This document shows positions 8,805 to 16,138 of a DNA stretch of 44,232 nucleotides, piece after piece. The notes beneath the pieces are model-generated. The model saw nothing but the letters and a program-made list of their open reading frames with translations. It did not search any database and was not told where the DNA came from. This DNA comes from a virus (lineage: Duplodnaviria; Caudoviricetes). The translations under genes and the position numbers were made by a program. Every line of letters begins with the position of its first letter. The first letter of the stretch is position 1. The DNA lies in IMG/VR virus record IMGVR_UViG_3300043610_000032, positions 1 through 44,232 of that record, one strand, 5' to 3'.

Positions 8805-9325
8805 GCGACGTCCCCGAGCAGCCACGCGGCGACGGTGGTGCCCAGCGCTGCGGCAGCCTCAGCCGGAGTGGTCGCTGCGGGCGCGGCGTCGCGCAGGGCC
8901 AGCAGTCGCAGGCCGAGCGCGATGTTGGCGCGGTAGGCGCGGACCTGCCGGCCCCACTCCCGGACTTTGGTCTCGATGATCTCGAACGGTTCGAGGTCGA
9001 AGAGCGTCTGTTCGACGTAACGTCGCCCACCGTCGTCCTGCCGGGCGATCCCGACAACGCGCGGGCGGTCCACCACCGTGCCGTCGTGGAGCCGGACCCG
9101 CAGCTTGCGCGAGACCTTCCGCCAGGTCTTCAGTTCGGCCGCCGCGCCGCGCTCGGCGAACCGGCGCAGCAGGTCCACCGCCCAGACGCGCTGAGCCTGC
9201 GCGGCGTCCTCGACGATCTCCAGGAACCGCCGGCCACGGTCCTGCGTGCCGGGCCCGTCGGCCCACGCCTCGGTGCACGCCGCCTCGTACTCGCCGTAGT
9301 CCCCGGCCGGCCAGCGGTGGCTCAT
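8801..9325 (-). CDS. hypothetical protein
   Basis: GAGGGAGG RBS, ATGA coupling. Confidence 0.7.
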   Translation of the reverse strand: MSHRWPAGDYGEYEAACTEAWADGPGTQDRGRRFLEIVEDAAQAQRVWAVDLLRRFAERGAAAELKTWRKVSRKLRVRLHDGTVVDRPRVVGIARQDDGGRRYVEQTLFDLEPFEIIETKVREWGRQVRAYRANIALGLRLLALRDAAPAATTPAEAAAALGTTVAAWLLGDVA

Positions 9326-10050
9326 TTGCGGCCTCCCTCGATGACGCGCAGACCGGCACGGGCGCGGCGCATCCGCTCGGCGAAGCGCGTCGCGGTGGCG
9401 GCGAACCGCTCCATGGAGTCAGCCTCGGTCGAGTCGAGGATCAGCCCGAGACGCTCGGCGTCGAAGGAGGACAGCTCACTGGCCCGCGCAAGGAGCTTCA
9501 TGAACGAGTGCACGTACCCCGCGTCCTTCAACTCCTGCGACCCGGCCAGCCAGTCAGTCAGGGCCGGGCTCGGCTCCGGCTCCGGTGCCCCTGCCCCCGA
9601 CGAGTCAACGGGGGCAGGGGCCGGCGGCCCCGGTGGCGCTGCTGTCGGGGCAGCGGCCGGGACGTCGGGGGGCTCGGGCGGAGGAGCGGGACGGGACGCC
9701 GGGTAGCGCTTACCATCGGTGCCGGTCGTCCCAGGTGTTCGGTTCTGAACACCTGAGAGGTCATCATGGACGGTTGCCGGAGCCACCCCAGTCGCCGCAG
9801 CGATGGCCCGGACGGACAGCCCGGCCTCGCGCAGCGACCCGACGATCTCGCGGCGGTCCTCCCGCGGCAGTCGGATCCGCGCCCCGTCGAACTCGGCAAC
9901 GCAGAGGTCGTCCCACGAGGCGTAGCCCAGTGCTAACCACGCCCGCCCGCGGAACAGGTCTGCGACCTCGGTCCAGACGGTGCCGACCAGCGCCTTGACG
10001 AGTTCGACCTTCGTGCGGGCTTCGTCGGTGGTGAGGTCGTCGTCCATCAC
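9322..10050 (-). CDS. helix-turn-helix DNA-binding protein
   Basis: RAWLALGYASW..EF..LPREDR..GLSVRAIAAATGVAPATVHDDL..TGTDGKRY, an actinophage HTH family. Confidence 0.8.
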   Translation of the reverse strand: MMDDDLTTDEARTKVELVKALVGTVWTEVADLFRGRAWLALGYASWDDLCVAEFDGARIRLPREDRREIVGSLREAGLSVRAIAAATGVAPATVHDDLSGVQNRTPGTTGTDGKRYPASRPAPPPEPPDVPAAAPTAAPPGPPAPAPVDSSGAGAPEPEPSPALTDWLAGSQELKDAGYVHSFMKLLARASELSSFDAERLGLILDSTEADSMERFAATATRFAERMRRARAGLRVIEGGRK

Positions 10051-10370
10051 GCCACCGCCTCGTCGTTGCCAGTCGCCCCCGCCGTCGTCGGAGGTCGGGG
10101 GCCCTCGACGACGGCGGCGGGGGCGGTCCCCGGCTGCGGAGCCACCGCGCTAACCGGGGTGTCAGCGGCATCCAGGGCTACGAGATCGCGGATCTCAAGC
10201 CCCAGCGCCCTGGCCAACGTCGCCAAGCGCTCGGGCTGCGGCAGCGTCGTGGCGCCGCGTTCCCACGCCACGATCGTCTGCTCGGAGACTCCGACGCGTT
10301 CGGCAAGCTGTACCTGAGTCAGGCCGAGCAGCCTGCGGTGGTCTGCGACCGTCGAGCCCTTGAGCCTCAT
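10047..10370 (-). CDS. Cro-like XRE HTH regulator
   Basis: LGLTQVQLAERVGVSEQTIVAWERG; first gene of the early operon, divergent from the repressor. Confidence 0.85.
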   Translation of the reverse strand: MRLKGSTVADHRRLLGLTQVQLAERVGVSEQTIVAWERGATTLPQPERLATLARALGLEIRDLVALDAADTPVSAVAPQPGTAPAAVVEGPRPPTTAGATGNDEAVA

Positions 10371-10407
10371 GGGACCGAGGGTAGAGCTACGATTTAGCTC
10401 AAGTCAA
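10371..10407 (-). promoter_or_regulatory. SigA-type leaderless promoter for cro with an operator palindrome
   Basis: Minus strand TTGACT-N18-TACCCT-N7-ATG; GAGCTA-N5-TAGCTC palindrome (10384-10400) fills the spacer. Confidence 0.7.
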
Positions 10408-10452
10408 GCTCCGGACTTAGACGCTCAGCCAGCCCGTCCGGTTGCTACCTCT

Positions 10453-10496
10453 TTGGGCTGTCAACTTGAGCCCAACTTGTGGTTATCTTTAGAGCC
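10453..10496 (+). promoter_or_regulatory. repressor promoter/operator region
   Basis: TATCTT (10484-10489) 7 nt before ATG 10497; TTGGGCT-N9-AGCCCAA inverted repeat at 10453-10475. Confidence 0.5.
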
Positions 10497-10859
10497 ATGG
10501 GTGAGACGGTTGCGCTCGGACAGCGAATCCGGGCGGCACGCAAGCGGCGACGCTTGACGCAGGAGCAACTGGCCACGGCCGCGGGCATCACCCGCACGAC
10601 CGTCCAGAACATTGAGAACGGCCGCACGTCGGAGCCCTACAAGGTGGACGAGATCGCCGCCGCGCTCGGGATCCCGGTAGAGGAGCTGCTGACCCCGGCC
10701 CAGGACTCCATGGACCTTTCCACCGACAAGGACCGCCTGATCGTCATGGGCGACCGTGACGCGCTGGACAAGCTCCGACGGCTGGACGACCGGGGCCGCG
10801 CGATCATCATGGCCGCGCTGGACGCCGCCGTACGTCATGTCGGAGAGGACGGCCCGTAG
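10497..10859 (+). CDS. immunity repressor (XRE HTH)
   Basis: LGQRIRAARKRRRLTQEQLATAAGITRTTVQNIENG; lies between cro and the integrase. Confidence 0.85.
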   Translation: MGETVALGQRIRAARKRRRLTQEQLATAAGITRTTVQNIENGRTSEPYKVDEIAAALGIPVEELLTPAQDSMDLSTDKDRLIVMGDRDALDKLRRLDDRGRAIIMAALDAAVRHVGEDGP

Positions 10860-10956
10860 CAACGAGGGTCACCACCCGACCGTCTCGCTCGTACTCCACC
10901 CGCTGCACACCGTCAGGCAGCGCATCGGTGGCGATCACTAACTCTGGCTGGTCCAC
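10807..10956 (-). CDS. possible 49-aa protein downstream of the integrase
   Basis: MDQPELVIATDALPDGVQRVEYERDGRVVTLV..; overlaps the repressor 3' end convergently. Confidence 0.35.
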   Translation of the reverse strand: MDQPELVIATDALPDGVQRVEYERDGRVVTLVATGRPLRHDVRRRPARP

Positions 10957-11066
10957 GGGGTGCCCCGTCCGGTCGGCCCCCGTTGCGTCTCGTCCTCCCC
11001 TGACAACGACAGCACCGGCCGGACGGGACGAGCAGCCCCGGAACTGTCCACGAACTGTCCACGGGC

Positions 11067-12500
11067 CTACACCGGGTGCCGTGCTGTGACCTCGATGCGG
11101 GTGTGGTCCCGGACCGACGCCTTCCCGGCCGGCAACACCCGTACCCGCACCAGCGCCCGCAGCACCGCCCGGCGCTGCTCCAGCGTCGTCGCCGGGTCCT
11201 GCCACCAGCCGCGGGCCCCCGGCCCGGCGACCGCCGCCACCGGACCGGCCGCGGACAGCGCCGCCACCCTGGCCCGGGCCGCCTCCAACTGCGGCAGCAG
11301 CCCCGCCTCGATCTGCGCCGCCAACCCGGCCGACATGCGGCGGGCGACGACCTCCGCGGCGACCGCGTCCACCTCGACCCGCTTGGCCGCCTCCGCTTCC
11401 ATCGCCTCCCGCAGCCCGTCAGCGTTGCCCTGCTCGGCGAGCAGCGTGGCCAGCCGCGGGTCCTCCAGCATCGTCATCACCACCTCGGTGACGTACGCCT
11501 CCAGCCAGTCGGTGCGCCGCCCCACCTTGTGACACTTGGGGCAGCGGTAGTACCGGTCCTGGGTGCGGGCGCCGCGGACCACCCGCAACCCGGTCCCGCA
11601 CTCGCCGCACTCGGCGAGCCCGGACAGCAGGTGCCGGACGGCGGAGGCGCGCTGGACGCCCCCGACGCGGTGAGCGCCGAGGACCGCCTGCACCGCGTAC
11701 CACGTCGCCTCGGGCAGGACCGGCGGCCACGCCCCCGGCCCGGCGTGAACGCCGTGGTGGATGCGCCGGGAGATGTACACGGGGTTGCCCAGGACCCGGC
11801 GCAGCGTCTCCCTCGTCCACACCGTCCCGCGTGGCGCCGCGACGCCGGCCTCGTTCAGGCCGAGGGTGATGTGCCGCAGCGAGTGGCCGGCGAGCAGGTC
11901 CGCGGCGGCCTGCCGGATCACCGCGGCCTGCGGCTCGTCCACAACCTGCCGCAGCAGCAGACCGGACGTCGGGTCGTACTCGCGCCGGTACCCATAGGGG
12001 ATCTTCCCGTGGGGCCGGCCGGCGGCGATGTTCGCGCGCATCGCCCGGCTGACGTTGTCGGACAGCGCCTCGGAGTAGTCGGCGGCGGACAGGCCGTCTT
12101 CGGCCAGCGACTTCCAGTCGCGGCGGACCCGGACGTCGTAGGTGCGGCGATGGAGGATGACGTGGATGAGGATGCCGCGGCGGCGGCACAACGCCAGGAA
12201 CGCGGCCCACGTCTCCAGTTCGCGGCTGGCGCGGTCGACCTCCCAGACGATCAGGATGTCCCAGGTGCCGGCCTGCGCGTCGGCGAGGAGTTCGTCCCAC
12301 ATGGCGCGGCGGCGGCGTGCGAAGCGGCTGGCGCTGGCGGGTGGCTCGGCGTACAGCTTCACGACCTCCGCGGCGAGTTCGGCGGCGGCCTCACGGCCGG
12401 CCTGTTCCTGCTCGTCCACGCTCCGCTCGCGGGCGCCTTTCGCCCTGCCGCCGGTGGTCGCCGACGAAACTCGGCACTGGAGGGCTGCGCGGAGGGCCAT
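11067..12500 (-). CDS. int: large serine recombinase (integrase)
   Basis: Catalytic CRVS, SAS..R, WEVDRASR, PYGY recombinase domain, Zn ribbon LLSGLAECGECG..YYRCPKC; TATAGT 6 nt before ATG 12500 (leaderless). Confidence 0.92.
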   Translation of the reverse strand: MALRAALQCRVSSATTGGRAKGARERSVDEQEQAGREAAAELAAEVVKLYAEPPASASRFARRRRAMWDELLADAQAGTWDILIVWEVDRASRELETWAAFLALCRRRGILIHVILHRRTYDVRVRRDWKSLAEDGLSAADYSEALSDNVSRAMRANIAAGRPHGKIPYGYRREYDPTSGLLLRQVVDEPQAAVIRQAAADLLAGHSLRHITLGLNEAGVAAPRGTVWTRETLRRVLGNPVYISRRIHHGVHAGPGAWPPVLPEATWYAVQAVLGAHRVGGVQRASAVRHLLSGLAECGECGTGLRVVRGARTQDRYYRCPKCHKVGRRTDWLEAYVTEVVMTMLEDPRLATLLAEQGNADGLREAMEAEAAKRVEVDAVAAEVVARRMSAGLAAQIEAGLLPQLEAARARVAALSAAGPVAAVAGPGARGWWQDPATTLEQRRAVLRALVRVRVLPAGKASVRDHTRIEVTARHPV

Positions 12501-12567
12501 GGCTGTACTATAGTGTGTATCAGTCCGGGAGGTGCCACGCGGCGCCGAAGACACCGAGTGAGGGCCG

Positions 12568-12693
12568 ATGAGCATCCACGCACCAACGTTACGCAGTGTC
12601 ATCCCACCTCGTCTACGTCACGCCGAGCCGCCGCTGGCCGAACAGGCCCGGGTCCTCGCCTACGACCTGCTCGAGGTGGAGGAGATGGCATGA
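12568..12693 (+). CDS. hypothetical protein (41 aa)
   Basis: MSIHAPTLRSVIPPRLRHAEPPLAEQARVLAYDLLEVEEMA; ATGA overlap with the next gene. Confidence 0.45.
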   Translation: MSIHAPTLRSVIPPRLRHAEPPLAEQARVLAYDLLEVEEMA

Positions 12694-12918
12694 GCACGGC
12701 ACACGCCATCTTCGCCGACCAGTTGCAGCCGGGCATGGTCTACGCCACGCCAGAGAGGCCGGATGCCTGGCGCCGGGTCGGTGGAACTGCGGCGGGCCGC
12801 TGGCTTTGTCTACATCCTCGGCGTCCACGACGATCCAATCGGCGGTCCGGCGGGTCCGGCGGGGGAGTACTTCGGGGTCAACCGCCCGCTGTTCGTGCGG
12901 GACGAGGCCGGCCGGTGA
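12690..12918 (+). pseudogene. hypothetical gene with an apparent +1 frameshift near 12780
   Basis: Protein-like frame switches from MSTAHAIFADQLQPG..WRRV to VELRRAAGFVYILGVHDD..; the second frame ends in a GTGA overlap with the next gene. Confidence 0.5.
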
Positions 12919-13076
12919 CCCGGGCCGCCCGTCGCGCTGCCAGCCGGGCCCGGATCGGTACCCGCGGGTGGGTGCTGGACCGGCTGCTCCTCAGCGCCTT
13001 CGTGGCGCTGATCGCCGGTGGGACGGCCGGGGTCGTGTTGTGGGTGCCGTCGCTACTGGTCGGCGGTGTCGGCTGA
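12915..13076 (+). CDS. small membrane protein
   Basis: Basic N-terminus plus TM helix. Confidence 0.55.
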   Translation: MTRAARRAASRARIGTRGWVLDRLLLSAFVALIAGGTAGVVLWVPSLLVGGVG

Positions 13077-13077
13077 G

Positions 13078-13272
13078 ATGGGGCTACTGCGGAAGAACGG
13101 GCCGGCGCACCGGGTGGCGGCTGCTCCAGCGCCCAAAGCTCGGCAGGCCAGGGCTGCGGCAAGGGTGGTGGCAGCCACGGATGCGGCGATCGCCGCCGCG
13201 GACACGGCGCAGGCGGCGACGGCCAGCCGCGCGGCGATGCGCGCCGCAGTCAAAGAAGACCGCCGTGGCTAG
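13078..13272 (+). CDS. Ala-rich hypothetical protein
   Basis: Fills the operon gap. Confidence 0.5.
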   Translation: MGLLRKNGPAHRVAAAPAPKARQARAAARVVAATDAAIAAADTAQAATASRAAMRAAVKEDRRG

Positions 13273-13549
13273 CCGCGAGCCGCGTACGCCGGAGCAGCGG
13301 ATCCAGCACATCCGGGGGCGGCTCGTCAACGGGCAGCCCGGGTACCGGATGGCCGACGTCGAGGCGCTGATGACCGCCTACGAGCAGGTCGTGGCAGAGC
13401 GGTCGGCGGTGTACGCCGAACTGTCCGGGCTGGTCATCCGGGTCGAGGCGGCGCGGCAGCGTTGCCACGATCAGGGCGAGTCGGCGCCGGGTGCCCCGGA
13501 GACGGAGTTCGCTCGGCTGATCGTCGGCGATCTGGAGGCGGGCGCGTGA
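13265..13549 (+). CDS. hypothetical coiled-coil protein
   Basis: MASREPRTPEQRIQ..GYRMADVEALM..; overlapping termini. Confidence 0.6.
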   Translation: MASREPRTPEQRIQHIRGRLVNGQPGYRMADVEALMTAYEQVVAERSAVYAELSGLVIRVEAARQRCHDQGESAPGAPETEFARLIVGDLEAGA

Positions 13550-13869
13550 TGGGCGGCGAAGGCGGCAACGGCGGCACGTGCCGCGAGAAGGGGCCCGCCG
13601 GCTACCGGTGCACGCTCGACCGCGGGCACGGCGGGACATACCACGAAGCCAGGACCGGGATCGTGGTCAGGCGGTGGGACCGGTCCACGCTGCCACCGGC
13701 GCAGGACTTCGGCCAGTACGCGGCAGCGATGGCGGAGCACGTCCGTAGCCTGCTCGGCGCGGCCTTCGAGTCCCGCGCGGTGGAGGCTGCGGTCCGCGCC
13801 AGCGCCGGTGACCTGCTCGCTCGGTGGGACGCCGGCCAGCCGTACGGGGTGGTCCGTCATGGCGGGTGA
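13549..13869 (+). CDS. hypothetical protein with C..C..H..H motif
   Basis: CREKGPAGYRCTLDRGHGGTYH; GGAGG RBS. Confidence 0.6.
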   Translation: MGGEGGNGGTCREKGPAGYRCTLDRGHGGTYHEARTGIVVRRWDRSTLPPAQDFGQYAAAMAEHVRSLLGAAFESRAVEAAVRASAGDLLARWDAGQPYGVVRHGG

Positions 13870-14065
13870 CCGTCCGGACGACCCGATCCGCATCGGCGCG
13901 CAGCGTGGTCTCGGCATGGAGCGGCTGGTGCAGGCCCTGGCCGCGGTCCTGGTCGAGTGCCCGCACTGCGGGGCGACCGGCCCGCACCCGGAGGTGGCGG
14001 CCGGCCCCGACTTCGAGCAGGCCGACTGCCGGGCGTGCGGGCAGCGGTTCGAGCTGCCGCTGTGA
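13859..14065 (+). CDS. zinc-ribbon protein
   Basis: CPHCG..CRACG. Confidence 0.65.
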   Translation: MAGDRPDDPIRIGAQRGLGMERLVQALAAVLVECPHCGATGPHPEVAAGPDFEQADCRACGQRFELPL

Positions 14066-14144
14066 GCCCCCCCCCGCGACCCTGAGGAGACGTGATGCAG
14101 AAGATTCCGTGCTTTCGCGAGGTCGCATGCAATAAGATAATGAC

Positions 14145-14591
14145 ATGCCTTATCGGGACCCCGACGCCAAGCGGGCATGGACGCAGCGGCGCATCCGCAC
14201 TCCTGATCAAGTCGAATCCGATCGGGCACGTGCGCGGGCCTACTATGCAGCCAACAAAGTGCAGATCCTGGCGCGCCTCAAGACGCAATACGCCGGAGAT
14301 CCGCTGCCTAAGCGTGCCCAATCTCGGCGTACGGCCGAGAAGCTCCGCGCGGAGTTCCTGGCTGCATACGGAGGTCGATGCGAATGCTGTGGTGAAACCG
14401 AGCCACGCTTCCTCTGTCTTGACCATATTAATCGTGATGGTGTTCGAGACAGGGCAGTTACGGGAGGTCGGAACGTTGGAGTCATACGACGCCTTCGCCG
14501 AGAAGGTTGGCCTAAGGATACGTACCGCCTTCTATGTGCCAACTGCAACACGGCGACGGCTTGGGGTCGCGCCTGTCCTCACCAGGCATGA
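14145..14591 (+). CDS. HNH endonuclease (free-standing, homing-type)
   Basis: YGGRCECCGE..LCLDHINRDG..YRLLCANCN; more A/T-rich codon use than its neighbours; TAAGAT 6 nt before ATG. Confidence 0.85.
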   Translation: MPYRDPDAKRAWTQRRIRTPDQVESDRARARAYYAANKVQILARLKTQYAGDPLPKRAQSRRTAEKLRAEFLAAYGGRCECCGETEPRFLCLDHINRDGVRDRAVTGGRNVGVIRRLRREGWPKDTYRLLCANCNTATAWGRACPHQA

Positions 14592-14602
14592 GGTGCTCCG
14601 CA

Positions 14603-15169
14603 ATGCGTAAGGTGCCCACGGTGTTCCGCCGCGACCCCGACGACATGCGGCACGTCCTCCCCGAGGTGACTCCGGGTTGTGAGTGGGTGTTGGCCGGCGA
14701 GGGCGTGGCCACTCGCAAGTACGACGGCACCTGCGTGATGCTCGACGGGTCCGGGTGGTGGGCGCGCCGCGAGGTGAAGCCCGGCAAGATGCTGCCGCCG
14801 AACTTCCGGGCAGTAGAGACCGATCCAGTGACCGGCAAGACGGTCGGGTGGGAACCGGTCGAGCAGTCGGCGTTCGCGAAGTGGTTCGAGCAGGCCGAGG
14901 TCGGCGCAGGCTCCACTCATGGCACGTACGAGCTAGTCGGCCCGAAGGTCAACGGGAACCCGGACAGGTACGACAGTCACGTGCTGGTGTTCCACGCCGA
15001 CGCCGAGGCAATCGACATGTCCGAGGACGGCGAGCCGTTCCGATACACCGAAGCCGAGGTTAAGCACATGATCGAGTGGGCCGCCGCGCACGGCTGGGAA
15101 GGCATCGTGTGGCACCACCCGGACGGCCGCATGGCGAAGCTCAAGGCTCGGGACTTCCGGTCGCCGTGA
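14603..15169 (+). CDS. DUF5565 / RLIG1-like ATP-dependent RNA ligase
   Basis: MRKVPTVF, motif I KYDG, TYELVGPKVNGNP, motif IV EGIVWH, motif V AKLK. Confidence 0.8.
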   Translation: MRKVPTVFRRDPDDMRHVLPEVTPGCEWVLAGEGVATRKYDGTCVMLDGSGWWARREVKPGKMLPPNFRAVETDPVTGKTVGWEPVEQSAFAKWFEQAEVGAGSTHGTYELVGPKVNGNPDRYDSHVLVFHADAEAIDMSEDGEPFRYTEAEVKHMIEWAAAHGWEGIVWHHPDGRMAKLKARDFRSP

Positions 15170-15450
15170 GATTCCCGTCCGACCGGACGTGGCGGTGGGT
15201 CCTGGCTGGCGAGCTGGCGGCGATCGTGGCGATCGGCGTGTGGAACACGGTCAGGGGCTGGCGGTGACGGCGGTATCGTGGGCGCGGTCCCGGTGAGCGT
15301 GAACTCGACCGGGACCGCTTGGCCGCAACCCTACGACGAAGGGATGGGTCGGCGTTCGGCGAGTTCGCCCGGCGGTGGCTGGCGGCTGAGGGCGACACGG
15401 AGCCGGACGTTGCCGATCTGCTGGAGCCGTTCGAGGATGCGGGGCCGTGA
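15166..15450 (+). pseudogene. membrane protein gene with an in-frame TGA at 15265
   Basis: The same frame continues for 60 protein-like codons after the TGA, to a GTGA overlap with the next gene. Confidence 0.5.
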
Positions 15451-15905
15451 TGGATGACTTGGTGGTGTTCCTGTCGGCGTCGCTCGACGACGATGAGCGG
15501 GTGGCGCTGGCGGCGACTCCGCCGCCGTGGGTGGTGCGGGGGCTTGGCCGGCACGACGGAGCCGCCGTCCTGCATGACGATGGACGACGCGGAACGGTCG
15601 GCCTACCGTTGGGACCCGCGTTCATGTCCGCTCACGGGGGGTGCGCCACAGCCGACGCCGCCCACGTCGCCCGTTGGGATCCTGCCCGGGTGCTGGCCGA
15701 GGTCGCAGCGAAACGGAAGATCCTACGGCGGTACCAGCAGTACGCCGACCGGGTGGCCGCTAGAGCCGGCGAGCGGCTGACCGACGAACTGGTCGGCCTG
15801 ATGGAGACCGCCGAGGCGCTACGCCGCTGTGTCCGTGACCTTGCCCGGCCGCTCGCTGGCCGGCCCGGGTGGAGGCCGGAATGGGCCACGGAGGTGACGG
15901 CGTGA
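15447..15905 (+). CDS. DUF6221 family protein
   Basis: FL.A.LDDDE..A..W..HVARWDPARVLAEVAAKR.I..LA......PGWRPEW. Confidence 0.8.
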   Translation: MMDDLVVFLSASLDDDERVALAATPPPWVVRGLGRHDGAAVLHDDGRRGTVGLPLGPAFMSAHGGCATADAAHVARWDPARVLAEVAAKRKILRRYQQYADRVAARAGERLTDELVGLMETAEALRRCVRDLARPLAGRPGWRPEWATEVTA

Positions 15906-15928
15906 ACGTCCTGCGTCAGTATGCCGCG
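15876..15928 (+). repeat. 53-bp direct repeat, copy 1
   Basis: Matches 16086-16138 with 4 mismatches. Confidence 0.9.
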
Positions 15929-16115
15929 CTGGTCGCGAACCTGTCGGACCCAGGTCGCCTCGGCCGGGGACCGGTGGGTGTTGCGGCTCCACTCTCCCGT
16001 CCCGATCAACGACCGCGGCCTGGTGTGCCTCAGTTGTCGGCAGGACTGGCCGTGTCCGGAGACGACGCGGGTCGTGGACCGGCACCCGGAGTGGGCCACG
16101 GAGGTGACGGAGTGA
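15902..16115 (+). pseudogene. LH..CxxC..WPC protein gene with an apparent +1 frameshift near 15950
   Basis: The coupled GTG start and the motif-bearing body (LRLHSP..CLSCRQDWPCPET) are in different frames. Confidence 0.5.
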
Positions 16116-16138
16116 ACGTCCTGCGTCAGTACGCTGCG
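16086..16138 (+). repeat. 53-bp direct repeat, copy 2
   Basis: Matches 15876-15928. Confidence 0.9.

Noticed and set aside
142-10317. Long plus-strand ORFs across the left arm
   Set aside because: Antisense shadows of a coupled minus-strand operon; stop codons are scarce in high-GC DNA
11076-13076. 666-aa plus-strand ORF
   Set aside because: Mostly antisense to the integrase; only the part from 12690 is gene-like
14113-14602. Group I intron around the HNH
   Set aside because: Almost no non-coding room for a ribozyme core, and the ligase has its own RBS and start
15876-16138. Direct repeat as a mini-CRISPR array or att core
   Set aside because: Two copies only, coding, 157 bp apart, non-palindromic and far from int
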